The position numbers were made by a program, and so were the translations under genes. Shown here piece by piece: positions 40,883 through 55,096 of a stretch of 64,000 nucleotides of DNA. Below the pieces are notes generated by a model. It made no database searches, had not been told where the DNA came from, and worked only from the letters and a program-made list of their open reading frames with translations. The stretch is from Eubacteriales bacterium. GTDB taxonomy: Bacteria; Bacillota; Clostridia; Oscillospirales; QAKW01. The stretch lies in the NCBI GenBank assembly GCA_045539135.1, contig JAZQET010000012.1, forward strand, positions 2,275 to 66,274, given 5' to 3'. How positions within the stretch are numbered: the stretch's first letter is position 1; the number at the start of each line of letters is the position of its first letter.

Positions 40883-42553
40883 TTAGTCTTTCTGAATAAA
40901 CTTACGGTTCAGCGCGCTAACCAATGCCTTGATGGAAGATATAACAATATCAGAATCCACACCAACACCCCAAATCAACTTGCCGTTTTGATCAATAATG
41001 CTGACGTAAGAAGCGGCACTCGCGTGGGAATCCACATCCAATGCATGCTCGGTATAAGAATCGAAGGTGTAGACCTCGCCTATCACCTTTTTGATTGCAT
41101 TTCCGGTAGCATCCAAGCGTCCGTTCCCTTCTGCCTCTACTTCATATTCCTTTTTATTATACATAATAACGGCATTTGCTTTAAATCCGGGGTTCAGTTG
41201 TGTAAAGTGAATTTCCTTTACACAAATGACATCTTCCCGATTGATATAATCTTTTGTAAATATATCCAACACTTCAACCGGTTGCAGTTCTTTATGCCCT
41301 TTATCCGATACATGCTTCACGTGATAACTGAATTCTTCTCTCATCTTCATCGGTAAGATATAGGAGAACTGTGTTTCCATTAAATAACCGATACCGCCCT
41401 TACCGGACTGGGAATTAATACGGATAACATCGCTTTCATATACCCGTCCAACATCGGTAGGATCCAAAGGAAGATACGGAACTGTCCAATATTCGGGCTT
41501 TTTCTCTTCTCTCCACTTCATACCCTTGGCGATTGCATCCTGATGAGATCCGCTGAAAGCAGCGAATACCAATTGCCCACTGTAAGGCTGACGCTCATAT
41601 ACATGCATACGGGTCACTTCTTCATAAAGACGCGTAATACGCGGAAGGTCAGAAAAATCAAGGCAAGGATCCACACCTTGAGAATACATATTCATCGCCA
41701 AGGTAATGATGTCCACATTTCCCGTTCTTTCACCATTTCCGAAAAGAGTACCTTCAATACGGTCGGCACCAGCCAAAAGTCCCATTTCGCTGTCTGCAAC
41801 CGCACATCCGCGGTCATTGTGCGGATGAAGGGAAATCACAAGATTTTCGCGGCAATTCAGGTTTTTACACATATATTCCACCTGATTTGCGTAAACATGG
41901 GGCATCGAATGGGAAACTGTTACGGGCAGATTGATGATTACCTTATCATCGGCAGTAGGTTCCCAAATATTAATAACCTCATTGCAGATCTCTACCGCAA
42001 ATTCAGGCTCGGTTCCGGTGAAACTTTCGGGAGAATACTCAAAACGGAAGTTTCCTTCTGTTTTCTCCCGATATTCCTTGCAAAGCTTTGCGCCGAATTT
42101 GGCAATTTCGATGATCTCTTCTTTGCTCTTCTTAAAAACCTGTTCCCTTTGTGCAAGAGAGGTAGAATTATAAAGGTGAACCACCGCATTTTTTGCACCC
42201 TTCAACGCTTCAAAGGTTTTGGCAATGATATGCTCACGGGATTGAGTCAACACTTGAATGGCCACATCATCGGGAATCAAGTCTTTTTCGATCAAGGTGC
42301 GGCAGAACTCATATTCAGTTTCAGAAGCAGCAGGAAAACCGATCTCGATCTCTTTAAAACCGATCCGCACCAATTCTTTGAAGAAGGTTAATTTTTCTTC
42401 AAGACTCATCGGTGTAATCAGCGCTTGATTTCCGTCACGCAGATCCACACTACACCACGTGGGTGCCTTTTCAATATAGGACTTTTTGGTCCACTCCATC
42501 GAGACAGGAGACGCCTCGAAAAACTGTCTGTTGTACTTTTGATAACCGTTCAT
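40883..42553 (-). CDS. leuA: 2-isopropylmalate synthase (yeast/actinobacterial-type LeuA)
   Basis: WCSVDLRDGNQAL, YSPESFT, SLHPHNDRG, GNGERTGN, AFSGSHQDAI, IRINSQSGKGG. Confidence 0.96.
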   Translation of the reverse strand: MNGYQKYNRQFFEASPVSMEWTKKSYIEKAPTWCSVDLRDGNQALITPMSLEEKLTFFKELVRIGFKEIEIGFPAASETEYEFCRTLIEKDLIPDDVAIQVLTQSREHIIAKTFEALKGAKNAVVHLYNSTSLAQREQVFKKSKEEIIEIAKFGAKLCKEYREKTEGNFRFEYSPESFTGTEPEFAVEICNEVINIWEPTADDKVIINLPVTVSHSMPHVYANQVEYMCKNLNCRENLVISLHPHNDRGCAVADSEMGLLAGADRIEGTLFGNGERTGNVDIITLAMNMYSQGVDPCLDFSDLPRITRLYEEVTRMHVYERQPYSGQLVFAAFSGSHQDAIAKGMKWREEKKPEYWTVPYLPLDPTDVGRVYESDVIRINSQSGKGGIGYLMETQFSYILPMKMREEFSYHVKHVSDKGHKELQPVEVLDIFTKDYINREDVICVKEIHFTQLNPGFKANAVIMYNKKEYEVEAEGNGRLDATGNAIKKVIGEVYTFDSYTEHALDVDSHASAASYVSIIDQNGKLIWGVGVDSDIVISSIKALVSALNRKFIQKD

Positions 42554-42585
42554 ACGAATTCCTTCCCTTGGGTCGTTTTAGATAT

Positions 42586-42853
42586 AAAAAAAGCTCTTCT
42601 ACACAAAACGAACCAAACAATTTGTGTAAAAGAGACGAAGAATACTCCGCGGTACCACTCTTTATTGACGAATAATTCGCCCACTCTAACGCATCTATCA
42701 ATGCGATCCTCTGTAACGGGAGAGACCCGATCGAACCTACTTTATTTCAGCCGACAGCTCCGGGAGGAGTTATAACACATCGCACCTATCGGTTCACAGC
42801 GACCACCGACTCTCTGAAAAGCACAGGATGCATCTTTTTTCCCTTCATAGCTT
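42586..42853 (-). ncRNA. Leucine T-box riboswitch (transcription attenuator)
   Basis: Stem I with AGAGA and GCUGUGAA loops, CUC (Leu) specifier near 42764-42769, T-box AAGAGUGGUACCGCG at about 42648-42662, and terminator CUCUUUUACACAAA...UUUGUGUAGAAGAG plus a U tract. Confidence 0.93.
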
Positions 42854-42860
42854 TTATATA

Positions 42861-42888
42861 ATTATATCATTATTCAATGAATTGTCAA
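42861..42888 (-). promoter_or_regulatory. sigma-A promoter of the T-box/leu-ilv operon
   Basis: TTGACA-16 bp-TATAAT with TG extension. Confidence 0.85.
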
Positions 42889-42933
42889 CAAATTTTTCGC
42901 GATTTCTTACACCTTGGAAATATCAACAATAAA

Positions 42934-42982
42934 ACGGTAAAATATTGAAAAAGAACTGTGAAATATTTCAACACTTTACCGT
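42934..42982 (-). terminator. ridA terminator
   Basis: Minus strand ACGGTAAAGTGTTGAAA...TTTCAATATTTTACCGT (17 bp with GU pairs) followed by TTTATT. Confidence 0.7.
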
Positions 42983-42999
42983 CTTAAATTCTTGAACTG

Positions 43000-43371
43000 T
43001 TAAATTTCAGCGATAACTTCCACTTCAACCAGAACGTTTTTGGGCAATGCAGCGGCAGCCACACAGCTTCTGGCAGGCTTTTCGGAAAAATCACGACCGT
43101 AGATCTCATTAAAGACCGCAAAGTCATCCATGTTTTTCAAAAAGCACACCGTTTTAATTGCTTTTTCATAGGAAGAGCCTGCCGCTTCCAGCACAGCTCC
43201 TAAATTCTTCATAACCTGCTCGGTTTGCCCTTCAATTCCTTCAGCTTCCACGTTACCGGTAGCGGGATTAATGGCAATTTGACCGGAAGTAAACACCAAA
43301 TTACCACTTACCACCGCTTGAGAATAAGGGCCAATCGCAGCAGGCGCATGGTCAGTATGTATTTTTTTCAT
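43000..43371 (-). CDS. ridA: RidA/YjgF enamine deaminase
   Basis: APAAIGPYSQ, SGQI, PARSCV, LVEVE. ATG at 43371 follows the AGGAG RBS. Confidence 0.93.
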   Translation of the reverse strand: MKKIHTDHAPAAIGPYSQAVVSGNLVFTSGQIAINPATGNVEAEGIEGQTEQVMKNLGAVLEAAGSSYEKAIKTVCFLKNMDDFAVFNEIYGRDFSEKPARSCVAAAALPKNVLVEVEVIAEI

Positions 43372-43393
43372 TTTAATTCTCCTTTTCAAACTC

Positions 43394-43424
43394 AAAACCC
43401 CTGACCAAATTCGGTCAGGGGTTT
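43394..43424 (-). terminator. rplL terminator
   Basis: AAACCCCTGACC...GGTCAGGGGTTT inverted repeat. Confidence 0.8.
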
Positions 43425-43437
43425 GAATTTGCCAAAA

Positions 43438-43809
43438 TTACTTCAGCTCAACAGTAGCGCCGGCTTCGGTCAGCTTGGTCTTAATCTCTTCAGCCTCGTC
43501 CTTGGAAACAGCTTCCTTAACGGTCTTGGGAGCGTTGTCAACCAACTCCTTAGCTTCCTTCAGGCCCAAACCGGTGATTTCCTTAACAGCCTTGATCACA
43601 TTGATCTTGGATGCGCCGGCATCGGTCAGAACAACATCAAACTCGCTCTTCTCTTCAGCAGCGGCAGCGCCGGCACCGGGAGCAGCAGCAACAGCAACGG
43701 GAGCAGCAGCGGAAACGCCAAACTCTTCCTCGATTGCATGAACCAAATCAGCAAGTTCCATAACGGACAGGGTCTTAATCTCTTCAACGATATTCTTAAT
43801 ATCAGCCAT
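43438..43809 (-). CDS. rplL: 50S ribosomal protein L7/L12
   Basis: [33 protein letters not shown]. Confidence 0.98.
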   Translation of the reverse strand: MADIKNIVEEIKTLSVMELADLVHAIEEEFGVSAAAPVAVAAAPGAGAAAAEEKSEFDVVLTDAGASKINVIKAVKEITGLGLKEAKELVDNAPKTVKEAVSKDEAEEIKTKLTEAGATVELK

Positions 43810-43844
43810 TTCTTTAATCCTCCAAATTAAATTAAATTAAAAAT

Positions 43845-44354
43845 TTACGCAGGGGTTACTTCGTTCTTTTGATCCACTACAGCCTGCAGTGCGCGAGCCA
43901 AACCGGATACATTTCCGTTGAGGGCATACAGCAGCATGCAAAGCAGAGTTTCTTTGCTGGGCATAGTAGCCAGCTTTTCCAATTCTGCAACAGAAACAAC
44001 TTTACCTTCTACAAAGCCGCCTTTGATGGTGAAGAACTCGTGATCCTTGCTAAAGTCATAAAGAACCTTTGCAGGAGCAACAACATCATCATTGGAAACA
44101 GCCAGAGCGGTAGTGCCGTTCAAAACGTCGGACAACTCTTCCAGACCAACTTCTTTGGCAGCAAAACGGGTCAGAGTGTTCTTCACAACACCGTACTCAA
44201 CGCCGGCTTCTCTGAGCTTGCGGCGAAGAGCAGTATCATCAGCAACATTGATTCCGCTATAATCTACCAAAACACCGGTCACTGCATTTTGAAGTTTATC
44301 CTTCAGTTCAGCAACAACAGCTTGCTTCTGAGCAATGATCTTTTCATTTGCCAT
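43845..44354 (-). CDS. rplJ: 50S ribosomal protein L10
   Basis: Start MANEK after GGAGG; VVKNTL, LATMPS. Confidence 0.97.
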   Translation of the reverse strand: MANEKIIAQKQAVVAELKDKLQNAVTGVLVDYSGINVADDTALRRKLREAGVEYGVVKNTLTRFAAKEVGLEELSDVLNGTTALAVSNDDVVAPAKVLYDFSKDHEFFTIKGGFVEGKVVSVAELEKLATMPSKETLLCMLLYALNGNVSGLARALQAVVDQKNEVTPA

Positions 44355-44380
44355 GAATTGATTTACCTCCGTCAAGATTT

Positions 44381-44495
44381 CAAAAAAATATGCTCTCAAA
44401 GACAACAGTTTACCTTTGAGAGCATAGATATCCAATAAGATATTAAGCACTCCTCGGCGGGATTTTAAGTCGCAAGCGACACCTGCTGTCTTCGA
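44381..44495 (-). ncRNA. L10 leader (ribosomal-protein autoregulatory attenuator)
   Basis: GAAGACAGCAGGUG...AAUCCCGCCGAGG core followed by terminator UAUGCUCUCAAAG...CUUUGAGAGCAUA-UUUUUUU upstream of rplJ. Confidence 0.85.
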
Positions 44496-44515
44496 AGTAT
44501 ATTTTTGACTTAATA

Positions 44516-44544
44516 ATCATATCACCGAAGGATATGATTGTCAA
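44516..44544 (-). promoter_or_regulatory. rplJ promoter overlapping a cUUCGg hairpin after rplA
   Basis: TTGACA-17 bp-TATGAT. The spacer folds as AUCAUAUC-cUUCGg-U-GAUAUGAU. Confidence 0.65.
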
Positions 44545-44551
44545 GCCTTTT

Positions 44552-45244
44552 TTACATAAATTTAGCCTGATTTACCTTTACACCGGGGCCCATGGTGGAA
44601 GCAACAGTACAGCTTCTTACATACTGACCCTTAGCAGCGGCAGGTCTAGCCTTAATAACGGCAGCCATCAGAGTGTTAAAGTTCTCGGCAAGCTTTTCTT
44701 TACCGAAAGAAACTTTACCGATCGGGCAGTGGATAATATTGGTCTTATCCAAACGATACTCGATCTTACCTGCTTTGATTTCAGCAATTGCCTTGGCAAC
44801 GTCCATAGTAACGGTACCGGCCTTGGGGTTCGGCATCAAGCCCTTGGGACCCAACACACGGCCCAGACGACCAACAACACCCATCATATCAGGGGTTGCA
44901 ACAACCACATCATATTCAAACCAGTTTTCATTCTGAATTTTGGGGATCAATTCCTCGCCGCCGACAAAATCAGCACCTGCTGCCTTTGCTTCGTCAGCCT
45001 TCTCGTTCTTGGCAAACACCAATACGCGAGTGGTTTTACCGGTACCATGGGGCAGTACAACTGCGCCACGAACCTGCTGATCTGCATGACGGGAATCAAC
45101 GCCCAGCTTCACATGGATTTCAACGGTTTCGTCGAACTTCGCACGTGCAGCCTTTACAACAGCTTCCAAAGCTTCATCAACATCATACAACTTAGCAGAG
45201 TCGATCAGCTTAGAGCTTTCAATATAAGACTTTCCTCTTTTCAC
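44552..45244 (-). CDS. rplA: 50S ribosomal protein L1
   Basis: [34 protein letters not shown]. Confidence 0.98.
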   Translation of the reverse strand: MKRGKSYIESSKLIDSAKLYDVDEALEAVVKAARAKFDETVEIHVKLGVDSRHADQQVRGAVVLPHGTGKTTRVLVFAKNEKADEAKAAGADFVGGEELIPKIQNENWFEYDVVVATPDMMGVVGRLGRVLGPKGLMPNPKAGTVTMDVAKAIAEIKAGKIEYRLDKTNIIHCPIGKVSFGKEKLAENFNTLMAAVIKARPAAAKGQYVRSCTVASTMGPGVKVNQAKFM

Positions 45245-45260
45245 CTATAAATCCTCCTTT

Positions 45261-45286
45261 GTGGTATTACGGAATATTCCTCCCAC
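45261..45286 (-). promoter_or_regulatory. L1-binding mRNA operator before rplA
   Basis: GUGGGAG-GAAUAUUCCG-UAAUACCAC matches the L1 target pattern GUGGGAG...AnACCAC, next to the RBS. Confidence 0.7.
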
Positions 45287-45297
45287 AGAATTTAGCA

Positions 45298-45723
45298 TTA
45301 CTCTTCTACGGTAACGCCCATACTTCTTGCAGTACCTGCGATCATCGTCATAGCAGCTTCAATGTTAACTGCGTTGAGATCGGACATCTTCTGCTCTGCA
45401 ATCTTCTTAACCTGTTCCTTGGTCAGAGTTGCGACCTTGGTCTTGTTGGGGACACCGGGACCGCTTTCAATGCCGGCTGCCTTTTTGATCAGGACCGCTG
45501 CAGGCGGAGTTTTGGTAACAAAAGAGAAAGAATGGTCCGCATAAACGGTGATCACAACCGGAATGATATATCCGATGTCATTCTTGGTTCTCTCGTTGAA
45601 TTCCTTAGCAAACGCCATAATGTTAACGCCGTGCTGACCCAAAGCGGGACCAACCGGGGGCGCCGGAGTTGCTTTACCTGCCGGAATCTGAAGTTTAATG
45701 TACCCTGTTACTTTTTGAGCCAT
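45298..45723 (-). CDS. rplK: 50S ribosomal protein L11
   Basis: [32 protein letters not shown] at 45723 follows GGAGG. Confidence 0.98.
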   Translation of the reverse strand: MAQKVTGYIKLQIPAGKATPAPPVGPALGQHGVNIMAFAKEFNERTKNDIGYIIPVVITVYADHSFSFVTKTPPAAVLIKKAAGIESGPGVPNKTKVATLTKEQVKKIAEQKMSDLNAVNIEAAMTMIAGTARSMGVTVEE

Positions 45724-45749
45724 CTTAAACACCTCCCTCGTGTTTCAAT

Positions 45750-45789
45750 GTGGTAATATAGCGGAAAGATAAAAGTACTCTCCTCCCAC
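45750..45789 (-). promoter_or_regulatory. L1-binding mRNA operator before rplK
   Basis: GUGGGAG-GAGAG...CUUUCC-GCUAUAUUACCAC. Confidence 0.6.
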
Positions 45790-45820
45790 TTGCGAAAACG
45801 CACAAACGTGCGATTCAGCC

Positions 45821-46342
45821 TTACTCTACGGGCGCGACCTGCTCGAAGGAAACCTCAACTGCGGTTTCACGACCGAACATAGACACGACCACTTTCAACT
45901 TGGCGGTCTCGGCATAAACCTCGTCCACCACACCGACAAAACCGCTCATATTGGAAGCAACAAAGCGAACAGAATCGCCCTTCTTATAGTCGGTATGAAC
46001 CACGCGCTTCTCAACGCCGAGTTTTTCAATCTCAGCCTGCGTTAACGGCAAGGGTTCGGAAGTAGAGCCAACAAAACCGGTAACGCCCTGAATATTACGG
46101 ACAATATACCAAGTTTCATCGGTCAACACCATCTTTACCAACACATAACCGGGGAATATCTTACGCTCATATTCCTTCTGACCTTTTTCGGTCGTTTCAA
46201 CCACGGTTTCGGTAGGAACAGAAATATCCTGAATAACTTCTTCTAATTTACGGTTTTCAATGATTCTGCGCAGGTTCGTAGCCACCTTATTCTCATATGC
46301 GGAATAAGTATGAACGGCATACCATTTTGCTTTATCTGCCAT
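45821..46342 (-). CDS. nusG: Transcription termination/antitermination factor NusG
   Basis: WYAVHTYS, FPGYVLV, GVTGFVG, VSMFGRET. Confidence 0.97.
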   Translation of the reverse strand: MADKAKWYAVHTYSAYENKVATNLRRIIENRKLEEVIQDISVPTETVVETTEKGQKEYERKIFPGYVLVKMVLTDETWYIVRNIQGVTGFVGSTSEPLPLTQAEIEKLGVEKRVVHTDYKKGDSVRFVASNMSGFVGVVDEVYAETAKLKVVVSMFGRETAVEVSFEQVAPVE

Positions 46343-46372
46343 AAATCTCTCTGCTCCTTTCTAAAAACTAAA

Positions 46373-46612
46373 TTAGCCTAACAATCCGGCCAGCCAATTG
46401 GTCAAGCCTTGAATTCCATTAAAGAATACCCAGTCAAAAATCCAGATAAAGACTCCGACAACGACCACGCATACGATAACGATTACGGAATTATTAACAA
46501 CCTGCTTGAAAGAAGGCCAAATAATTCTTTTGGTCATTTCAATGCGGACCTCACGGAACCAACCGAAGATTCTGGAAAAGACGGACTTTTTCTTTTTAGC
46601 AGCTTCTGCCAT
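46373..46612 (-). CDS. secE: Preprotein translocase SecE
   Basis: EMTKRIIWPS plus one TM helix; lies between rpmG and nusG. Confidence 0.92.
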   Translation of the reverse strand: MAEAAKKKKSVFSRIFGWFREVRIEMTKRIIWPSFKQVVNNSVIVIVCVVVVGVFIWIFDWVFFNGIQGLTNWLAGLLG

Positions 46613-46639
46613 AACAGCGTCCTCCTTTTTAATCGAAAC

Positions 46640-46789
46640 TTACTTGGTTTCTCTGTGCAAGGTGTGCTTCTTGCAGAATTTGCAGTACTTGTTCATCTCA
46701 AGTCTGTCGGGATCGTTTTTCTTGTTTTTCATTGTGTCATAGTTTCTTTGTTTGCACTCAGTGCAAGCCAGCGTAATCTTGACTCTCAT
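46640..46789 (-). CDS. rpmG: 50S ribosomal protein L33 (Zn-binding form; not in ORF track)
   Basis: Manual translation [49 protein letters not shown]; GGAGG RBS. Confidence 0.97.
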   Translation of the reverse strand: MRVKITLACTECKQRNYDTMKNKKNDPDRLEMNKYCKFCKKHTLHRETK

Positions 46790-46883
46790 TTGCGGCACCT
46801 CCTGTTATTTTGGCCTCCCTACACTCATTATTGGCGGGTATTTTTTTGCACAAAAAAATAGACCCGTCGTGCAGGTACTATGC

Positions 46884-46912
46884 ATTATAGCACATCCTAT
46901 TAGCATAGTCAA
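46884..46912 (-). promoter_or_regulatory. sigma-A promoter of rpmG-secE-nusG
   Basis: TTGACT-17 bp-TATAAT with TG extension. Confidence 0.8.
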
Positions 46913-46971
46913 GCATTTTTTTATTTTTTTCGGAAGCCACGAAAATGCGTGGCTTCCACTGTTTTAACCTT

Positions 46972-51844
<4,873 letters not shown>

Positions 51845-51845
51845 C

Positions 51846-52472
51846 TTAATCCTTACAATACTGATTATTTTCTTTCTCAAAGCCAAGGGTTGTTATACAT
51901 CCGTGACCGGGATAGCAAGTACAATCCTGATCAATGGAAAACAGCCTTAACTTGATTGAATGTATTTCTCTTTCCAAATCACCAAAAGGCGGCAAATCTC
52001 CGCCAACCGATCCGTAAAAAAGAGTATCGCCCGTAAACAAATGATTTCCCAAACGATAACAAACCGAACCGAGAGTATGCCCCGGTGTATGGATCACGTC
52101 AAAGCAAAATCCTGCGATTTCAATACGTTCTCCATCCCGCAAAAAGTGCGGAACCGTTTGCAGAGTGAACGTTCGCCCCAAAACCTGCGGGGAGAGATTA
52201 AACAATGCGCGATTTAACAACGGTTGATCCTCTTCATGAGCATAGATCGGGCAACTAAATACTTTTGCTAATTGATCCGCCGCAGCAATATGATCCGCAT
52301 GTCCGTGAGTCAAGAGGATGGCAGAAAGTTGAACATCGGCAGATTGGATGCTTTTTTGAAGTTTCGAAGCATCATCACCGCAATCCACCAAAACCGCTTC
52401 ATGCCTTTGCTCATTCACAACAAGATAATTGTTACAGGCAAAACTGCCGGTCACAATTGTCTCAATCCTCAT
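51846..52472 (-). CDS. MBL-fold metallo-hydrolase (glyoxalase II-like)
   Basis: THGHADH, TPGHT, TGD, PGHG. Confidence 0.92.
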   Translation of the reverse strand: MRIETIVTGSFACNNYLVVNEQRHEAVLVDCGDDASKLQKSIQSADVQLSAILLTHGHADHIAAADQLAKVFSCPIYAHEEDQPLLNRALFNLSPQVLGRTFTLQTVPHFLRDGERIEIAGFCFDVIHTPGHTLGSVCYRLGNHLFTGDTLFYGSVGGDLPPFGDLEREIHSIKLRLFSIDQDCTCYPGHGCITTLGFEKENNQYCKD

Positions 52473-52918
52473 TTTAAATCCTCACTGTCGATTATGATAT
52501 TGATGGGGCCTGCATGAAGTGTATCGATCTTCATATCCCCTCCAAAAACTCCGCCTTGAACCTGCACACCCATTTCACCGATGCGTTTAAGTGCATACTG
52601 ATAAAGAGTTTCGGCAGGCTCATACTTCATACTTTCAATGAAGGAAGGACGAAAGCCTTTCTTAACATCACCATAGAGGGTAAAGTTGGAAACGAACAGC
52701 ATCTCACCGTTTACATCAGCAAGAGAGCAATTCAGTTTTCCGTCGGGATCATCCATCACCCGAAGCCCTGCAATTTTCTTCAGCGCCTTTTCAATGGTCT
52801 GTTCATTATCGCTTTCGTGAAACCCGCAAAAAACCAACATTCCTTTGCCGATTTCAGATATCAATTCACCGTCTACTCGCAAAGAAGCGCGGTCCACTAC
52901 GGTACAAATGGCTCTCAT
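52469..52918 (-). CDS. dtd: D-aminoacyl-tRNA deacylase (motif-divergent)
   Basis: Length, overall fold and position after rel are typical. Motifs read SNFTL, KGFRPSF, HAGPIN. Confidence 0.85.
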   Translation of the reverse strand: MRAICTVVDRASLRVDGELISEIGKGMLVFCGFHESDNEQTIEKALKKIAGLRVMDDPDGKLNCSLADVNGEMLFVSNFTLYGDVKKGFRPSFIESMKYEPAETLYQYALKRIGEMGVQVQGGVFGGDMKIDTLHAGPINIIIDSEDLK

Positions 52919-52927
52919 AATATCCTC

Positions 52928-55096
52928 CTACTGATTTGCCCTTTGAATATCAAGCACGTTCGGATCCTTGCGGATTTTGGACGAAATGAAATTCAAATGA
53001 TCCAAGCTGTGCACTTCGATGCTTATGGAAATCACCGAAATCCCCGACTCTTCCTCGCGACTGGAAAGATTGCGGATGTTTACCTTTAAATCTGCTAAAA
53101 TTCGCGTTAAATTCGCCATAACACCAATAGTGTCGTTTACACGAACCAACAACGTAGTGGCAAAGCTGCTGCTTTCTGCTGCATCCCAATGCGCCGCAAG
53201 CCAACGTTCAGGCTCAAATTCCATTCCGCGCGATGCGTTGGGGCAATCCGTTTTATGAATGGAAACCCCATACCCCTTGGTAATAAATCCGCAGATATAG
53301 TCGCCCGGCAAGGGGTTGCAACATTTAGCAAACTTGATCAAGCAGTTATCAATACCTTCTACAACCACACCGCCGGCACTTGCCTTGGGCTTGGAGTAAG
53401 AAATAATTTTGATGGGGCGATTTTCTTTAGCAAGCTGATCGCAATAATCTTGAATTCTTCGTTCTACCTTAGCAACCGTGATACCGCCATAGCCGATGGC
53501 AGCATACAAATCCTCGATAGAATTAAAATGCAGTTGTGTGCTAATGGTTTGAAGCACCTCATCACGAGTCTCTTTCGGCAGACGAATACCGCTGCGACGC
53601 AATGCCTTTTCCAATTCCTCCAAACCGGTGGTAATATTTTCTTCGCGCCGCTCATTTTTTATCCAATGACGGATCTTATTCTTTGCTTCGCTTGTTTTCA
53701 CAATCTTCAGCCAATCTCTGGAAGGACCGTGATTGGCAGAGGAAGTAGTTAAGATTTCAATAATCTCACCGTTTTTCGGTTTATATTCCAAGCCGGCAAT
53801 TTTTCCGTTCACTTTTGCGCCAACCATCTTATTTCCCACCGCACTATGGATAGCATAGGCAAAGTCGATCACAGTAGATCCCGCAGGAAGGTTCACAACA
53901 TCACCGCGAGGGGTAAACACAAAAACTTCATCATCAAACAGGTCGATCTTCAATGCCGAAATAAAATCTTCCGTATCGGAAACATCTTCCTGCGACTCTA
54001 AAAGTGTACGCACCCATTTCAGCTTATCGTCCACCGCGGCTTTATCGCCCTGCACACCGTTTTTATATTTCCAGTGAGCGGCGATACCGTATTCAGCAGT
54101 ATTATGCATATCCCAAGTACGGATCTGCACCTCAAAGGGAATACCCTCTTTTCCGATCACGGTGGTATGCAAAGATTGATACATATTGGGCTTCGGAGTA
54201 GAAATATAATCTTTAAACCGTCCGGGGATAGGATTATAGAGATCGTGAATAATACCTAAAAGATAATAGCAGTCATTGACCGTATTCACGATCAAGCGAA
54301 AGGCATAAAGATCATACAGTTCTTCAAAGGTTTTATTTTGAGTAAACAATTTGCGGTAAATGCTGAATGTATGCTTAATGCGGCAGGTCAACGTATAGGG
54401 AATTTCATAATCCGCCAGCTTTTCGCAAATGTTTTTCTTTGTGTTTTCAATAAAATCATGCCCACTGATCTCAGCCGCCTTCAAACGATCTTCGATCATT
54501 TTACAGCCATCAGGGTCCAGATAAGAAACGGAAATATCTTCCATTTCCTGCTTCACCTTTTGCATACCTAAGCGGTGCGCCAAAGGAGCATAGATCTCCA
54601 ATGTCTCCCGCGCAGTATGCAGTTGCTTTTCACGGGGACGGGCAGCCAAAGTGCGCACATTATGAAGGCGATCCGCAAGCTTAATGAGAATCACACGGAT
54701 ATCCTTTGCCATTGCCAAAAACATCTTGCGCAGATATTCAATCTGTGCCTCTTCCTTGGTTACATAGGGGATCTGTCCCAATTTGGTTACGCCATCCACC
54801 AAATTGGCACACCCTTCACCAAAAGCCTTTTTAATGTCGGCAAAGGTCATTTCCGTATCTTCGATGGTATCGTGTAAAAAAGCAGCAACAATCGAATCGG
54901 TATCCAAGCCAAACTCATAAACTAATTTAGCAACCTCAATGGGATGACAGATATACGGCTCACCCGAAGAGCGCTGCTGCCCTTCGTGCTGTTTTTGCGC
55001 ACAAAGGTACGCGCGCCGAATCTTATCGAGATCAAACTTACGGTCGTCGTTATTTAACATTACAATGAATTCTTCAAACAACTTATCTTCAATCAT
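52928..55096 (-). CDS. relA: Bifunctional (p)ppGpp synthetase/hydrolase Rel
   Basis: GEPYICHP, HDTIED (hydrolase intact), DRLHN, RFKD, YQSLHT, EVQIRT, TGS, CC and ACT domains. Confidence 0.97.
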   Translation of the reverse strand: MIEDKLFEEFIVMLNNDDRKFDLDKIRRAYLCAQKQHEGQQRSSGEPYICHPIEVAKLVYEFGLDTDSIVAAFLHDTIEDTEMTFADIKKAFGEGCANLVDGVTKLGQIPYVTKEEAQIEYLRKMFLAMAKDIRVILIKLADRLHNVRTLAARPREKQLHTARETLEIYAPLAHRLGMQKVKQEMEDISVSYLDPDGCKMIEDRLKAAEISGHDFIENTKKNICEKLADYEIPYTLTCRIKHTFSIYRKLFTQNKTFEELYDLYAFRLIVNTVNDCYYLLGIIHDLYNPIPGRFKDYISTPKPNMYQSLHTTVIGKEGIPFEVQIRTWDMHNTAEYGIAAHWKYKNGVQGDKAAVDDKLKWVRTLLESQEDVSDTEDFISALKIDLFDDEVFVFTPRGDVVNLPAGSTVIDFAYAIHSAVGNKMVGAKVNGKIAGLEYKPKNGEIIEILTTSSANHGPSRDWLKIVKTSEAKNKIRHWIKNERREENITTGLEELEKALRRSGIRLPKETRDEVLQTISTQLHFNSIEDLYAAIGYGGITVAKVERRIQDYCDQLAKENRPIKIISYSKPKASAGGVVVEGIDNCLIKFAKCCNPLPGDYICGFITKGYGVSIHKTDCPNASRGMEFEPERWLAAHWDAAESSSFATTLLVRVNDTIGVMANLTRILADLKVNIRNLSSREEESGISVISISIEVHSLDHLNFISSKIRKDPNVLDIQRANQ

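Noticed and set aside
42425-42775. Short ORFs in the leuA leader as attenuator peptides
   Set aside because: The region is fully explained by a canonical T-box, and the ORFs lack an RBS and Leu-codon runs.
42956-42973. Rex-like palindrome CTGTGAAATATTTCAACA upstream of the leu promoter
   Set aside because: It lies in the stem and loop of the ridA terminator, about 70 bp upstream of the -35, so it is better explained as terminator sequence.
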